Source: Bacteroidota bacterium
GTDB taxonomy: Bacteria > Bacteroidota > Bacteroidia > AKYH767-A > OLB10
Direction of reading: 5' to 3'
DNA: 40,297 bases
NCBI GenBank assembly: GCA_031411675.1
Contig: JANOBN010000398.1
Coordinates: 1-40,297 of the forward strand
The position numbers and the translations under genes are program-made. The notes beneath the pieces were generated by a model that saw nothing but the letters and a program-made list of their open reading frames with translations, made no database searches and had not been told where the DNA came from. Below are positions 1 to 8,592 of this stretch, piece by piece. How positions within the stretch are numbered: the stretch's first letter is position 1; every line of letters starts with the position of its first letter.

Positions 1-1
1 T

Positions 2-1075
2 AATTACGGTACTAATTGGACATCAGCAGGATTGCCCAATACAAGTGTTCGAGCAATTGCGATAAATGGCACATCAATTTTTGCAGGAACTTATGGTAAA
101 GGCGTGCAATTATCAAACGACAATGGAACTAGTTGGATTCCCGTAAACAACGGATTAACAGACACGATTGTGTATTCATTAGCGGCATCAGGCAATGAAA
201 TTTATGCAGGCACTAACAATGGAATTTTTGTATCATTTAATAGTGGAAACAGTTGGATCGCCAGTACCAATGGCTTGCCGGGAGGTAACGTGAATGCAAT
301 TGTAATCAAAGGATCAATTGTTGTTGCCGGCACATCAAATGGTATATATATATCAAACGATCATGGAAGTACCTGGCAAGTGGAGAACTCAGGGTTGTTC
401 GTTACGGATGTTTTGTCATTGACAATAAGAGGGAATGATGTTTTTGCAGGAACGAATGGTGCCGGCGTATTTAAACGGCCGATCTCGGAGCTGAACAATT
501 GTTTTGCCTACTATACACCAACCTATGACCCCGCACAAAACATCTTTACTTTACATGTTGATTCCACAACAGCAGCAATGGCGGTGAGTTATCTTTGGGA
601 TTTTGGAGACGGAAGCACATCATCACTTACAACACCAACGCATATTTACGGCATTAATGGTATTTATCAGGTAAAGATGAGTGTGGCCACTGCATTAGGA
701 AACACCTGTTATTATAGTCATTTGATAGGGAAAGATGCACTTGGAAATATTATTCTTAGGCCTACTGGTTTTGCTTTTACACTTAATGTACAGAATCCAA
801 ATACTACAAATGTTACACAAAACAGTGTTGGTGAATCAAAAATTACTATTCAACCGAATCCATTTTCTTCTCAAACAAAACTTACTTTTTCTGAGGAGCA
901 GAAACATGTAGTAATAAGGATAATTGACTTGCTTAATAAAGAAGTAGCAACGATGGAAATGGAAAATAAAACGGAGCTGGTGATTGAAAAGGGAACAATA
1001 AAGGAAGGAGTTTATCTTCTTAAAATTACCGACGATAACAACAATGTTGCTACCCGGAAAATAATAATTCAATAA
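2..1075 (+). CDS. 5'-truncated secreted beta-propeller-repeat / PKD-domain protein with T9SS C-terminal sorting domain
   Basis: Frame 2 is open from the window edge (NYGTNWTSAGLPNTSV...), so the listed TTG at 32 is probably internal. It has about six ~45-aa repeats of the form N-G-x-S-W...NGL...V..(I/L)...G..I(F/Y)AGT. A PKD-like block is present (YLWDFGDGSTS...GIYQVKMSV). The last ~80 aa (ITIQPNPFSSQTKLTF...GVYLLKITDDNNNVATRKIIIQ) fit the type-A T9SS CTD pattern. TAA stop. Confidence 0.8.
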   Translation, partial: NYGTNWTSAGLPNTSVRAIAINGTSIFAGTYGKGVQLSNDNGTSWIPVNNGLTDTIVYSLAASGNEIYAGTNNGIFVSFNSGNSWIASTNGLPGGNVNAIVIKGSIVVAGTSNGIYISNDHGSTWQVENSGLFVTDVLSLTIRGNDVFAGTNGAGVFKRPISELNNCFAYYTPTYDPAQNIFTLHVDSTTAAMAVSYLWDFGDGSTSSLTTPTHIYGINGIYQVKMSVATALGNTCYYSHLIGKDALGNIILRPTGFAFTLNVQNPNTTNVTQNSVGESKITIQPNPFSSQTKLTFSEEQKHVVIRIIDLLNKEVATMEMENKTELVIEKGTIKEGVYLLKITDDNNNVATRKIIIQ

Positions 1076-1184
1076 CTAAATAGGTAACCTAAGGCCTGAC
1101 TAATGTTAGGGAAATAAGAATTTTTTCACTGATTCATTGCATTTTCACAGGAATAGGCTTATTTTGCTCAATATCTGTTAACTT

Positions 1185-2366
1185 ATGAAGAATTTAATAC
1201 TTACAGGAATATTGTTACTTGCCTTTTTTGGCACGAATGCTCAAATAGAAGGAACAGGACTTATATTCCGCAACCTTACCTATGAAGAGGCCCTTAAAGC
1301 AGCCAGAGTAGAGAATAAAATGGTTTATGTTCATGGTTATGCGGACTGGTGCCACTTTTGTAAGGATATGATAGAAAAGGTATACCCCGATTCTGAAGTA
1401 GGGGCTTTTTATAATCCTCAGTTTATCTGCATAAAAGTTAATCTGGAGAAAGAAGGAGCGGAGTTAAATAAGCGAATACTTAGTCATAGCTTTCCCACCT
1501 TATTGTTTTTCGATTCTACCGGCACGGTTATGCACCGGGCAGCGGGCCGACACATGAAGAGTTTGCTGATTCAATTGGGTCAGGAGGCACTAGACCCCCG
1601 CAGAAGATTATATACCTGGATAAAGTTATTTAATGAGGGGGATTGCTCTTATGATACAGCGTACACTTACCTGAGAAAGATGGAAATCTCCGGTGCTGAT
1701 TTTCAACCGGAAGTTCTTAAATATCTGAATCGTAAAAAACCAGCAGAATTAACATCAGAAGCAAACTGGAAAATTATTAATGAATTATATAAGGATGTAA
1801 AAGATCCGTTTATGCTGACACTTATTCGGTTAAAGCCTGATTTTGAAACAAAATACACCAAACCTGCAGTTGACCGAAAGTTTACAGAGATGTATAAGTA
1901 TGAATTTGCTATTCGTACCCGTTTGCTGGATACTGCAGGATATGACAAATTGAAACAGCAGGTGAAAGCCAGCGGACTTGATTTGGCTGACCGGATTGTG
2001 GATTATGCAGATCTTCAAAAAGCAAAAATGAAGAGTGATTATGAAACCTATTTTGTATTAGCAGAATCATTTGTAAAGAAGCATGCAGAAAAAGATGCGG
2101 AGTTGCTCAATGAAATTGCACAGACCTTTTTTGAAAAAACAAAGGATAAAGAATTACTTAACAAAGCAGCGGAATGGGCACGGTTAAGTGTGAAGATGAG
2201 TGACACTTATACTTATAATGAAACACTTGCAGGGATCCTTATTATGAGTGAGCAAAAAGAAGAAGCACGAAAGGTGACACTGCATGCAATTGAGATTGGG
2301 GAGAAGAACAAAATTAATGTAAGCAGGGCGAAGTTGTATCTGGATAAGATTGAGGAAATGCCTTGA
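1185..2366 (+). CDS. secreted thioredoxin-fold protein with helical C-terminal domain
   Basis: Signal peptide MKNLILTGILLLAFFGTNAQ. The thioredoxin-like N-domain carries a CxxC motif (YADWCHFCKDM). A ~250-aa helical C-terminal region follows. ATG start, TGA stop. Confidence 0.75.
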   Translation: MKNLILTGILLLAFFGTNAQIEGTGLIFRNLTYEEALKAARVENKMVYVHGYADWCHFCKDMIEKVYPDSEVGAFYNPQFICIKVNLEKEGAELNKRILSHSFPTLLFFDSTGTVMHRAAGRHMKSLLIQLGQEALDPRRRLYTWIKLFNEGDCSYDTAYTYLRKMEISGADFQPEVLKYLNRKKPAELTSEANWKIINELYKDVKDPFMLTLIRLKPDFETKYTKPAVDRKFTEMYKYEFAIRTRLLDTAGYDKLKQQVKASGLDLADRIVDYADLQKAKMKSDYETYFVLAESFVKKHAEKDAELLNEIAQTFFEKTKDKELLNKAAEWARLSVKMSDTYTYNETLAGILIMSEQKEEARKVTLHAIEIGEKNKINVSRAKLYLDKIEEMP

Positions 2367-2557
2367 ACTAGTAGCTAGTATTAAGTATCGAGCAGTGAGA
2401 CTTAGATTTTGGGAATAGAAAGTTTGTGCGGTGATTTGTGCAGTGTAAAAAAGGAGTTTACTTTAAATTCATTTCTCTGCGATTTTTATGGTTTTATGCA
2501 AGAGAAAATGGATATTTTTATTCTGCAATGCGGGCAGATAAATTGATAACCCTGGAA

Positions 2558-2860
2558 TTATACAGTAAGCTCTTTAATTTTCTTTTCGAGGTCAGGGGCC
2601 ATCAGGAAGCCGTTTATCCTCCACAGCAATTCTCCTTTTTTAAAAAGCATCAGCACGGGAACACTCATCATGCTGTACTGTTTTTTTAATTCTTCACTTT
2701 GATCGATATCAATTTTAAGAATGGCTAATTGCGGAAGGCGTTGTTTTAATTCATCCAGAATAACATCTAGCATTTTACAGGGCTCACACCAATCGGCCCA
2801 AAAATCAACCAGCACCAGTTCTTCTTCGGCAATACGAATATCAAACTCTTCTTTATTCAA
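2558..2860 (-). CDS. thioredoxin (variant WCEPC active site)
   Basis: 100 aa with the active site FWADWCEPCKML (2774-2791) and a cis-Pro loop MSVPVLMLFKKGE. It uses a TTG start, as no in-frame ATG precedes the active site. It lies 35 nt downstream of the dioxygenase gene on the same strand. Confidence 0.85.
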   Translation of the reverse strand: MNKEEFDIRIAEEELVLVDFWADWCEPCKMLDVILDELKQRLPQLAILKIDIDQSEELKKQYSMMSVPVLMLFKKGELLWRINGFLMAPDLEKKIKELTV

Positions 2861-2895
2861 AACGCGGCACGCAAATTATTAATACGAAACAGGAA

Positions 2896-3444
2896 TCAAC
2901 TTCTGCCACGAACATCTTCAGCAGGAGGAGCAGCAGGAGGCTCCATAACAGTACCACACTTTTTACAGGTTCGCTTTTCTAAAGAGGCATAAAAACCGTT
3001 CATGATCACCGGCAATTGCCCAACGATATCTTTCAGACCAAAATATTCTTCGTAAAGTTTCTCATTACACTTTTCACAAAACCACATGCAGGCATCCATT
3101 TCTTCCTCACTTCGGTAACGCTCAATTACCAACCCAATCGTGTTAGGGCCACGTTGTGGGGAATGTGGAATACGTGGCGGCAACAAAAACATTTCTCCTT
3201 CCCGGATATGTACATCCACCTGCTTGCCTTCCTGAATTGTCTTCACCACAATATCACCCTCTAACTGATAGAATAATTCTTCTGCATCTTCGTAGTGATA
3301 ATCCTTACGGGAATTAGGTCCGCCAACTATCATCACAATAAAATCTTTATTTCCGGTATAAACCTGTTTGTTTCCTACAGGCGGCTTAAGCAAGTGACGG
3401 TTTTCGTCGATCCATTTTTTCAGATTTAATGAAGTTGCAATCAT
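2896..3444 (-). CDS. nbaC: 3-hydroxyanthranilate 3,4-dioxygenase (kynurenine pathway / NAD synthesis)
   Basis: It aligns by eye along its full length with bacterial HAO: W.DE..HLLKPPVGN.QV, VGGPN.R.DYH, EE.FYQL.G, EG..FLLPP...HSPQR, LVIER. The C-terminal rubredoxin-like site has two CxxC pairs (CEKC, CKKC). Confidence 0.9.
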   Translation of the reverse strand: MIATSLNLKKWIDENRHLLKPPVGNKQVYTGNKDFIVMIVGGPNSRKDYHYEDAEELFYQLEGDIVVKTIQEGKQVDVHIREGEMFLLPPRIPHSPQRGPNTIGLVIERYRSEEEMDACMWFCEKCNEKLYEEYFGLKDIVGQLPVIMNGFYASLEKRTCKKCGTVMEPPAAPPAEDVRGRS

Positions 3445-3540
3445 AGTTTTGGTAATTATTTATTCGGGGATAAAGAAACAATTTTTTAATAACCGGACAA
3501 AAAATCCGCGACAAACAGGGAATAAAAAATATATATAGAA

Positions 3541-3831
3541 TCAGCTTTTTTTGCCGAAGACTTCTGTAATCTTTTTACCTACATCTGATGCCAGCTCTTC
3601 TGCTTTTTGTCCGAAGTTTCGTGCAGCATCTTCCAGCTCGTCTTTCAGATCACCCATTTTCTTTTTCATGCCGTCAGACATTGTTCCGCCATTCATAATT
3701 ACATCTAACTGATCGTGAAAAACGTGAGGAGTTTTAGTTTTTAAATAGGCGGAAACGGAGGCCGCCGCTTTCTGTGCCTGCTCTGCTGTTATTCCTGCTT
3801 CTGCAGCTATTTTTTCAATGAGCTCTTTCAT
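3541..3831 (-). CDS. small hypothetical protein (96 aa, charged/helical)
   Basis: A clean ORF with ATG start and TGA stop, fitting the gap between neighbouring genes. I recognise no family motif. Confidence 0.55.
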   Translation of the reverse strand: MKELIEKIAAEAGITAEQAQKAAASVSAYLKTKTPHVFHDQLDVIMNGGTMSDGMKKKMGDLKDELEDAARNFGQKAEELASDVGKKITEVFGKKS

Positions 3832-3928
3832 GTGTTTTGTTTTTTATTCAACGGTAAAAGTAACAAAAAGCAGGGCGGCAAAACAGGATAACCTTATCAA
3901 TAAAAGATGATTTATGTGCTGAAACAAA

Positions 3929-3936
3929 TACTTTTG
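3929..3936 (+). promoter_or_regulatory. candidate sigma-A -7 box (TACTTTTG) for the SDR gene, implying a very short or absent leader
   Basis: An exact match to the Bacteroidota TAnnTTTG consensus ends 5 nt before the ATG at 3941. Confidence 0.4.
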
Positions 3937-3940
3937 CCGG

Positions 3941-4723
3941 ATGAATATTAGTCTTAAGGGAAAAACAGCACTGGTTTGCGGCAGCACACAGGGCATTGGA
4001 AAAGCAGCAGCTGTGGAGTTGGCTACCATGGGCGCATCAGTCATTCTTTTAGCGCGCAACAGTGAAAAACTTGCTGTCACTATGAAGGAGCTGCCCTCCG
4101 GCCCACAGATGTCGCACAGCTTTATTGCTGCTGATTTTAGTGATGTTGAATCCGTAAAGAAGGCAATTCATTCACTATTAGGAAAGGCCATACACATCCT
4201 GGTAAACAATACCGGCGGACCCCCTTCAGGACCAATTTTAACTGCTAAAGCGGAGGAGTTTGCACAGGCTTTTAATAATCATCTCATTTGCAATCATCTT
4301 TTAGCACAAGCAGTAATACCATTTATGAAGTCGGAAGGTTATGGGCGGATTATCAATGTGATTTCCACTTCCGTGAAGTTGCCTTTGAAAAACCTTGGAG
4401 TAAGTAATACCATACGGGCTGCAGTTGCTAACTGGAGCAAGACCATGGCAAATGAGCTGGCAGCACATCATATTACGGTAAACAACGTTTTACCCGGAGC
4501 AACCCACACACAACGGTTGCAAAGCATTATGGAGAACAAATCTGCAGCCGGCAAAGTACCATTTGAGGAAGTGCAGGAAGAAATGATTCATGAAATACCG
4601 ATGCAACGTTTTGCTACTGCAGAGGAGATTGCAAATGCTATTGGTTTTTTAGCTTCACCGGCAGCATCGTACATCACGGGAATTAACTTACCGGTGGATG
4701 GTGGCAGGACGGGGTGTTTGTAA
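3941..4723 (+). CDS. short-chain dehydrogenase/reductase family protein (FabG-like fold, atypical active-site positions)
   Basis: Rossmann motif GSTQGIGKAAA, plus NNTGG and ITVNNVLPG. The C-terminal ASYITGINLPVDGG is typical of classical SDRs. The expected YxxxK appears as S-NTI-R at 4403-4417. Confidence 0.85.
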   Translation: MNISLKGKTALVCGSTQGIGKAAAVELATMGASVILLARNSEKLAVTMKELPSGPQMSHSFIAADFSDVESVKKAIHSLLGKAIHILVNNTGGPPSGPILTAKAEEFAQAFNNHLICNHLLAQAVIPFMKSEGYGRIINVISTSVKLPLKNLGVSNTIRAAVANWSKTMANELAAHHITVNNVLPGATHTQRLQSIMENKSAAGKVPFEEVQEEMIHEIPMQRFATAEEIANAIGFLASPAASYITGINLPVDGGRTGCL

Positions 4724-4753
4724 ATGAATTGTAGTTGTTATTCCTCACCCACT

Positions 4754-4843
4754 TTGTCATTCCGAGGTACGAGGAATCTATACGGCAGACAAACCTCCGT
4801 AACCATATCGCCGGAATTAATTCCGGTGATATGGTTACGGAGG
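4754..4843. repeat. intergenic repeat module (TGTCATTCCGAGGTACGAGGAATCTATACGGCAGAC) followed by a 50-bp near-perfect palindrome
   Basis: 4794-4843 (cctccgtaaccatatcgccggaatt / aattccggtgatatggttacggagg) is self-complementary with one mismatch. The upstream module recurs at 5201-5230 and, reverse-complemented, at 30809-30845. Confidence 0.9.
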
Positions 4844-5079
4844 CTGTGCTTAAACTTGTGCAAAAACCTGTGCTCTGTCTTGTCTCCCCGAAGGGGCCTT
4901 GTGGTTTTGGAATAGGTTGGTGCAATGGCCACCTGAGGAAATTCGGAGCACCAGACCGAACTTTTTTTGGCTTTGTTTCCACAATTAAAAGTCAAACTTT
5001 CTTGTTGCTATCCCACTGGTTCCTTTCAGGAGGACAACAATGGAGAGTGAGTTGGAGCGGGAGAGTGGTAGGCTTTTTT

Positions 5080-5384
5080 CTCCATATCGCCGGAATTTAT
5101 TCCTGCGCCTGACGAAATTTTCACTCTTTGCAGTAACATCATCCCAAAAGCTTTTGTTATGGAACAACATCAATCACCGCAAAGTTCCTTCTCCCCTTTT
5201 TGTCTTTCCGAGGAATCTATACGGCAGACGAAATTTCGACTCTTAGCAGCAATATCCTCCGGAATGATTTTGCCAAGGAACAACATCACTCATCGCAAAG
5301 TTCCTTCTCCGCCAGCGGGCGGATCAGGATGACAATAAGGGTATTATACTCCATATCGCCGGAATTAATTCCGGCGATATGGAG
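5080..5384 (+). repeat. ~305-bp composite MITE-like repeat (copy A) with terminal inverted repeats and two internal ~125-140-bp subunits
   Basis: The left end CTCCATATCGCCGGAATT is the reverse complement of the right end AATTCCGGCGATATGGAG. The right end is a perfect 36-bp palindrome (5349-5384). The subunit core GACGAAATTT..CTCTT.GCAG...GGAACAACATCA.TCA.CGCAAAGTTCCTTCTCC occurs twice. The element aligns end to end with 30661-30966 on the opposite strand. Confidence 0.85.
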
Positions 5385-5386
5385 GT

Positions 5387-6310
5387 TTAAACTAACGTTA
5401 TATCAAACTGCACCAAATTGATAAACTCCTGTACTCTGTTATCAACCTCGTCCTCACTTAACTCAATAATACGTTCCAGTCCGAATTTCTCAACGCAGAA
5501 AGAAGCCATTGCGGAACCGTATATTACAGCTCGTTTCATGCTTTCAAAAGAGATATCATCTACACTGCTGAGGTAACCCATAAATCCTCCGGCAAACGTA
5601 TCACCGGCACCGGTGGGGTCGAACACTTCCTCCAATGGCAAAGCAGGAGCAAAAAACACCTGATCATTATGAAATAACAAAGCGCCGTGTTCACCTTTTT
5701 TAATGATTAAATATTTCGGTCCCATAGTGAGGATCTGACGTGCCGCTTTTACCAATGAATATTGGCCGGTAAGCTGACGTGCTTCTTCATCATTGATCGT
5801 TAAAACATCAATCATCTTCAGGTTTTTCAAAAGATCTTCCATAGCTATTTCCATCCAGAAATTCATGGTATCCATTACAATTAATTTCGGACGTTTTTTC
5901 AAACGTTGCATTACTTGCATCTGAATAGAAGGCATCAGATTTCCCAGCATCAGATATTCACAATCCTGATACGACTCCGGAATGATCGGGTCGAACGTAC
6001 TTAAAACATTAAGTTCCGTAGCCAGGGTATCGCGGGTATTCATATCCGTATGATATTTCCCTGACCAGAAAAACGTTTTTTCTCCCTTTTTAATCTGAAG
6101 GCCTTGTGTATCAATGCCACGGTTATTCAGCATCTGAATTGTTTCCATAGGAAAATCTTCCCCTACAACAGAAACAAGATTGATTTTATCTTTAAAGTAA
6201 GAAGCAGAAGTTCCGATATAGGTAGCGGCGCCGCCTACAATTTTATCGGTTTTGCCAAATGGCGTTTCAATAGCATCAAAGGCAACAGTACCAATAACAA
6301 GCAGGCTCAT
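5387..6310 (-). CDS. PfkB/ribokinase-family carbohydrate kinase
   Basis: The DPTGAGDTFAGGF anion-hole/catalytic motif and overall pfkB layout are present. I place the start at ATG 6308-6310 (MSLLVIGTVAFD...), not the listed upstream start at 6403, whose 31 extra residues look non-native. Confidence 0.85.
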   Translation of the reverse strand: MSLLVIGTVAFDAIETPFGKTDKIVGGAATYIGTSASYFKDKINLVSVVGEDFPMETIQMLNNRGIDTQGLQIKKGEKTFFWSGKYHTDMNTRDTLATELNVLSTFDPIIPESYQDCEYLMLGNLMPSIQMQVMQRLKKRPKLIVMDTMNFWMEIAMEDLLKNLKMIDVLTINDEEARQLTGQYSLVKAARQILTMGPKYLIIKKGEHGALLFHNDQVFFAPALPLEEVFDPTGAGDTFAGGFMGYLSSVDDISFESMKRAVIYGSAMASFCVEKFGLERIIELSEDEVDNRVQEFINLVQFDITLV

Positions 6311-6569
6311 AGGTTTATTTTTTAGGAAGTGATAAGGGATTCCGGAGTCGGATCCGGGAGGCAAAAATAGTAAAGTGAGTGAATTACACCGCCTACCAAG
6401 CAAAATGGGAGCAAATAAAAAGGGTATTAATGATCAAAGGCAGCCGAAGCGAATGATTTCGTCGGGAACAGGCAAATTTCAGAGTGAAAAACTCCTTTTT
6501 CTTTTAACAAACGCTTTCCTGATTGTTTCTAATTTGTTTTCTTTGAGCGGATTAAAAAACCACCTGCGC

Positions 6570-7349
6570 TTGTCGAATTTTGAGATAAAACTCCCCCAGT
6601 TTGAAGGTCCTTTTGACCTTTTGCTCTTTTTCATAGAAAGGGATGAACTGGATATTCATGATATTCCAATAGCACGGATTACCGTTGATTTCATGGAATA
6701 TATGCACAGTATGCAGACCATGAATATTGAGTTGGCCAGCGAATGGATACTGGTTGCTGCTACGCTGATGCGCATCAAAGCCAAAATGCTATTACCTCGT
6801 TATGAAAAAGATGAGCAGGGTAATGAGTTAGATCCACGTCATGACTTAATACGCCAGTTACTTGAGTATAAACAGTTTAAGGCTGCATCAGAAGAACTTC
6901 GATTATTGGAGGAAGATCGATTGATGCGTTTTAATCGTGGAAATATGCAGCAGGAGCTATTAAAGATGGCAGGCGATATGGAAACCGGTTATGCCGGCGA
7001 GTTGAATCACCTCACCCTATATAAGCTGATTGCCACATTCGAAAAAGTTATGATGCGTTTTGATGATAATCAGAATCGCGTAATGCATACGGTTGTTCAG
7101 TTTCCTTATAGCATCGACGGACAAAAGGATTACATACGTGCATTAGTGAGTAAGAAGCCCCAGATGAGCTTTGGGGATCTTTTTGAGGAATGTACTACCA
7201 AAATACATGCAGTATTTACTTTTCTGGCTTTACTGGATTTATTACAAAGCCGCATCTTGTTGATCTTTTTAGGGGAGGGCTTTAACAATTTTGTGTTAAG
7301 TACGCCAGAGGCCGCACCGGAGCAACAATCATCGGCCGATGCAGAATGA
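6570..7349 (+). CDS. scpA: segregation and condensation protein A
   Basis: The ScpA N-terminal signature is present (LPQFEGPFDLLLFFIERDELDIHDIPIA). Length is ~259 aa from TTG 6570. The start is uncertain: in-frame ATGs lie at 6405 and 6453, and the listed GTG is at 6375. Confidence 0.8.
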   Translation: MSNFEIKLPQFEGPFDLLLFFIERDELDIHDIPIARITVDFMEYMHSMQTMNIELASEWILVAATLMRIKAKMLLPRYEKDEQGNELDPRHDLIRQLLEYKQFKAASEELRLLEEDRLMRFNRGNMQQELLKMAGDMETGYAGELNHLTLYKLIATFEKVMMRFDDNQNRVMHTVVQFPYSIDGQKDYIRALVSKKPQMSFGDLFEECTTKIHAVFTFLALLDLLQSRILLIFLGEGFNNFVLSTPEAAPEQQSSADAE

Positions 7350-8397
7350 TGCTCGTGATATTTTAAAAAGTTTCTCTACAGGTAAAATTATCTGGCCGGT
7401 TCTTATAGGATTAGGCGTTGCCAGTTATTTACTGATTAGTGAATTTGATGCTGATGCTTATTCACGCATTCGCTGGACAACCGCATCCACATTATGGTTA
7501 TGCCTTGCTGCATTAATGGTGGCCATTCGTGATGTGGCATACATGGTTCGAATCCGCGTATTAACGGATGGAGAATTGAACTGGTATCGTTCCTTTATTG
7601 TGATTATGTTGTGGGAGTTTGCCTCCGCACTAGCACCCGGATTATTAGGTGGAGGATTTTTCTTTGCCATTTTAATTTTGAATCGTGAAGGAATTAATAT
7701 GGGCAGAAGCATCACCGCAATTTTGTATTCTTCTTTTCTAGATGGAATATTTTTAGCAGTAATGGCGCCATTGGTTTATTTCACAGTAGGGAAAGATGTT
7801 TTATTTTCCGGATTTAATTTAAATTCTCCTTTTGGCAGTGGAATATTTTACGGTTTCTGGCTGATTTACTATCTCATATTGGCATACAAACTATTTGTTG
7901 CTTATGCATTATTTGTTAACCCACGCTTTGTAAAAAAAATATTAATCAGCTTATTTTCTTTGCGCCTACTCCGACGCTGGAAGCATGGTGCCATAGAAAC
8001 CGGAAACCAGCTTATCATTGCTTCCAAAGGATTGAAAGGGAAAAATTTCCGCTACTGGGGCTGGTCACTGGGAGCGACTTTTGCCTCCTGGACAGCACGT
8101 TATTCCATTGTTAACTTTTTAATACATGCATTTCATGGAAGTAAACCGCTGTACGATTTAGCGGTGTATGGCAAACAAGTAATAATGGGCATACTGATTT
8201 TATTAAGCCCAACGCCCGGCGGAAGCGGAGTTGCCGAATATGTATTCAAAGATTTTTTAGGTGAGTATATTCCGACAGGACTTGCTTCTACACTTGGCTT
8301 ATTGTGGAGGCTGATGAGTTACTACCCGTATTTATTTATTGGTGCCATCATTTTACCGAAATGGATCCGAACACATTTCAGGAAGGTGCATTTGTGA
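7339..8397 (+). CDS. UPF0104 / lysyl-phosphatidylglycerol-synthase-like transmembrane (flippase-like) protein
   Basis: Polytopic membrane protein with ~8 hydrophobic segments and a conserved SPTPGGSGVAEY motif. It overlaps the scpA stop by 11 nt. Confidence 0.7.
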   Translation: MQNDARDILKSFSTGKIIWPVLIGLGVASYLLISEFDADAYSRIRWTTASTLWLCLAALMVAIRDVAYMVRIRVLTDGELNWYRSFIVIMLWEFASALAPGLLGGGFFFAILILNREGINMGRSITAILYSSFLDGIFLAVMAPLVYFTVGKDVLFSGFNLNSPFGSGIFYGFWLIYYLILAYKLFVAYALFVNPRFVKKILISLFSLRLLRRWKHGAIETGNQLIIASKGLKGKNFRYWGWSLGATFASWTARYSIVNFLIHAFHGSKPLYDLAVYGKQVIMGILILLSPTPGGSGVAEYVFKDFLGEYIPTGLASTLGLLWRLMSYYPYLFIGAIILPKWIRTHFRKVHL

Positions 8398-8592
8398 TTT
8401 TCGTTTAACATCATTTTGTTTACTGAGAGTGAGGAGGAGATTGGAGAAATCGGCCCGATTATTAATTCAATCAAGAGTTAATTGCGAACAAAACCTTACA
8501 CCATTTTCTGTAATATTTTGTAAAAAAGTGTAACCTTTTTGCTTAAAACAGGTTTAATTGATGAATGAAACTATCTCTATTCGTCAACCATT

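Noticed and set aside
2438-2689. 83-aa plus-strand ORF overlapping the thioredoxin gene.
   Set aside because: It overlaps the 3' half of a motif-supported thioredoxin on the opposite strand. Its sequence has no features.
5080-5384. Possible CRISPR array, because of repeated ~125-140-bp subunits and palindromes.
   Set aside because: There are only two long, diverged subunits. There is no short constant repeat alternating with unique spacers, and no cas genes in the window.
4683-5421. Seven overlapping 60-125-aa ORFs on both strands (for example 4735-5112 +, 4683-4982 -, 5200-5421 +), plus a partly similar ORF at 30590-30805 (-).
   Set aside because: They lie entirely in palindromic and dispersed repeat DNA and overlap one another in several frames. 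Their similarity (LSS.ILRNDFA.EQH.S.QSSFSAS) is explained by nucleotide-level repeat identity, with no synonymous-substitution bias visible. They are not credible genes.
8398-8592. Invertible promoter or phase-variation switch upstream of the polysaccharide locus, as in Bacteroides capsule loci.
   Set aside because: I found no flanking inverted repeats, no nearby recombinase and no exact TAnnTTTG box in either orientation.
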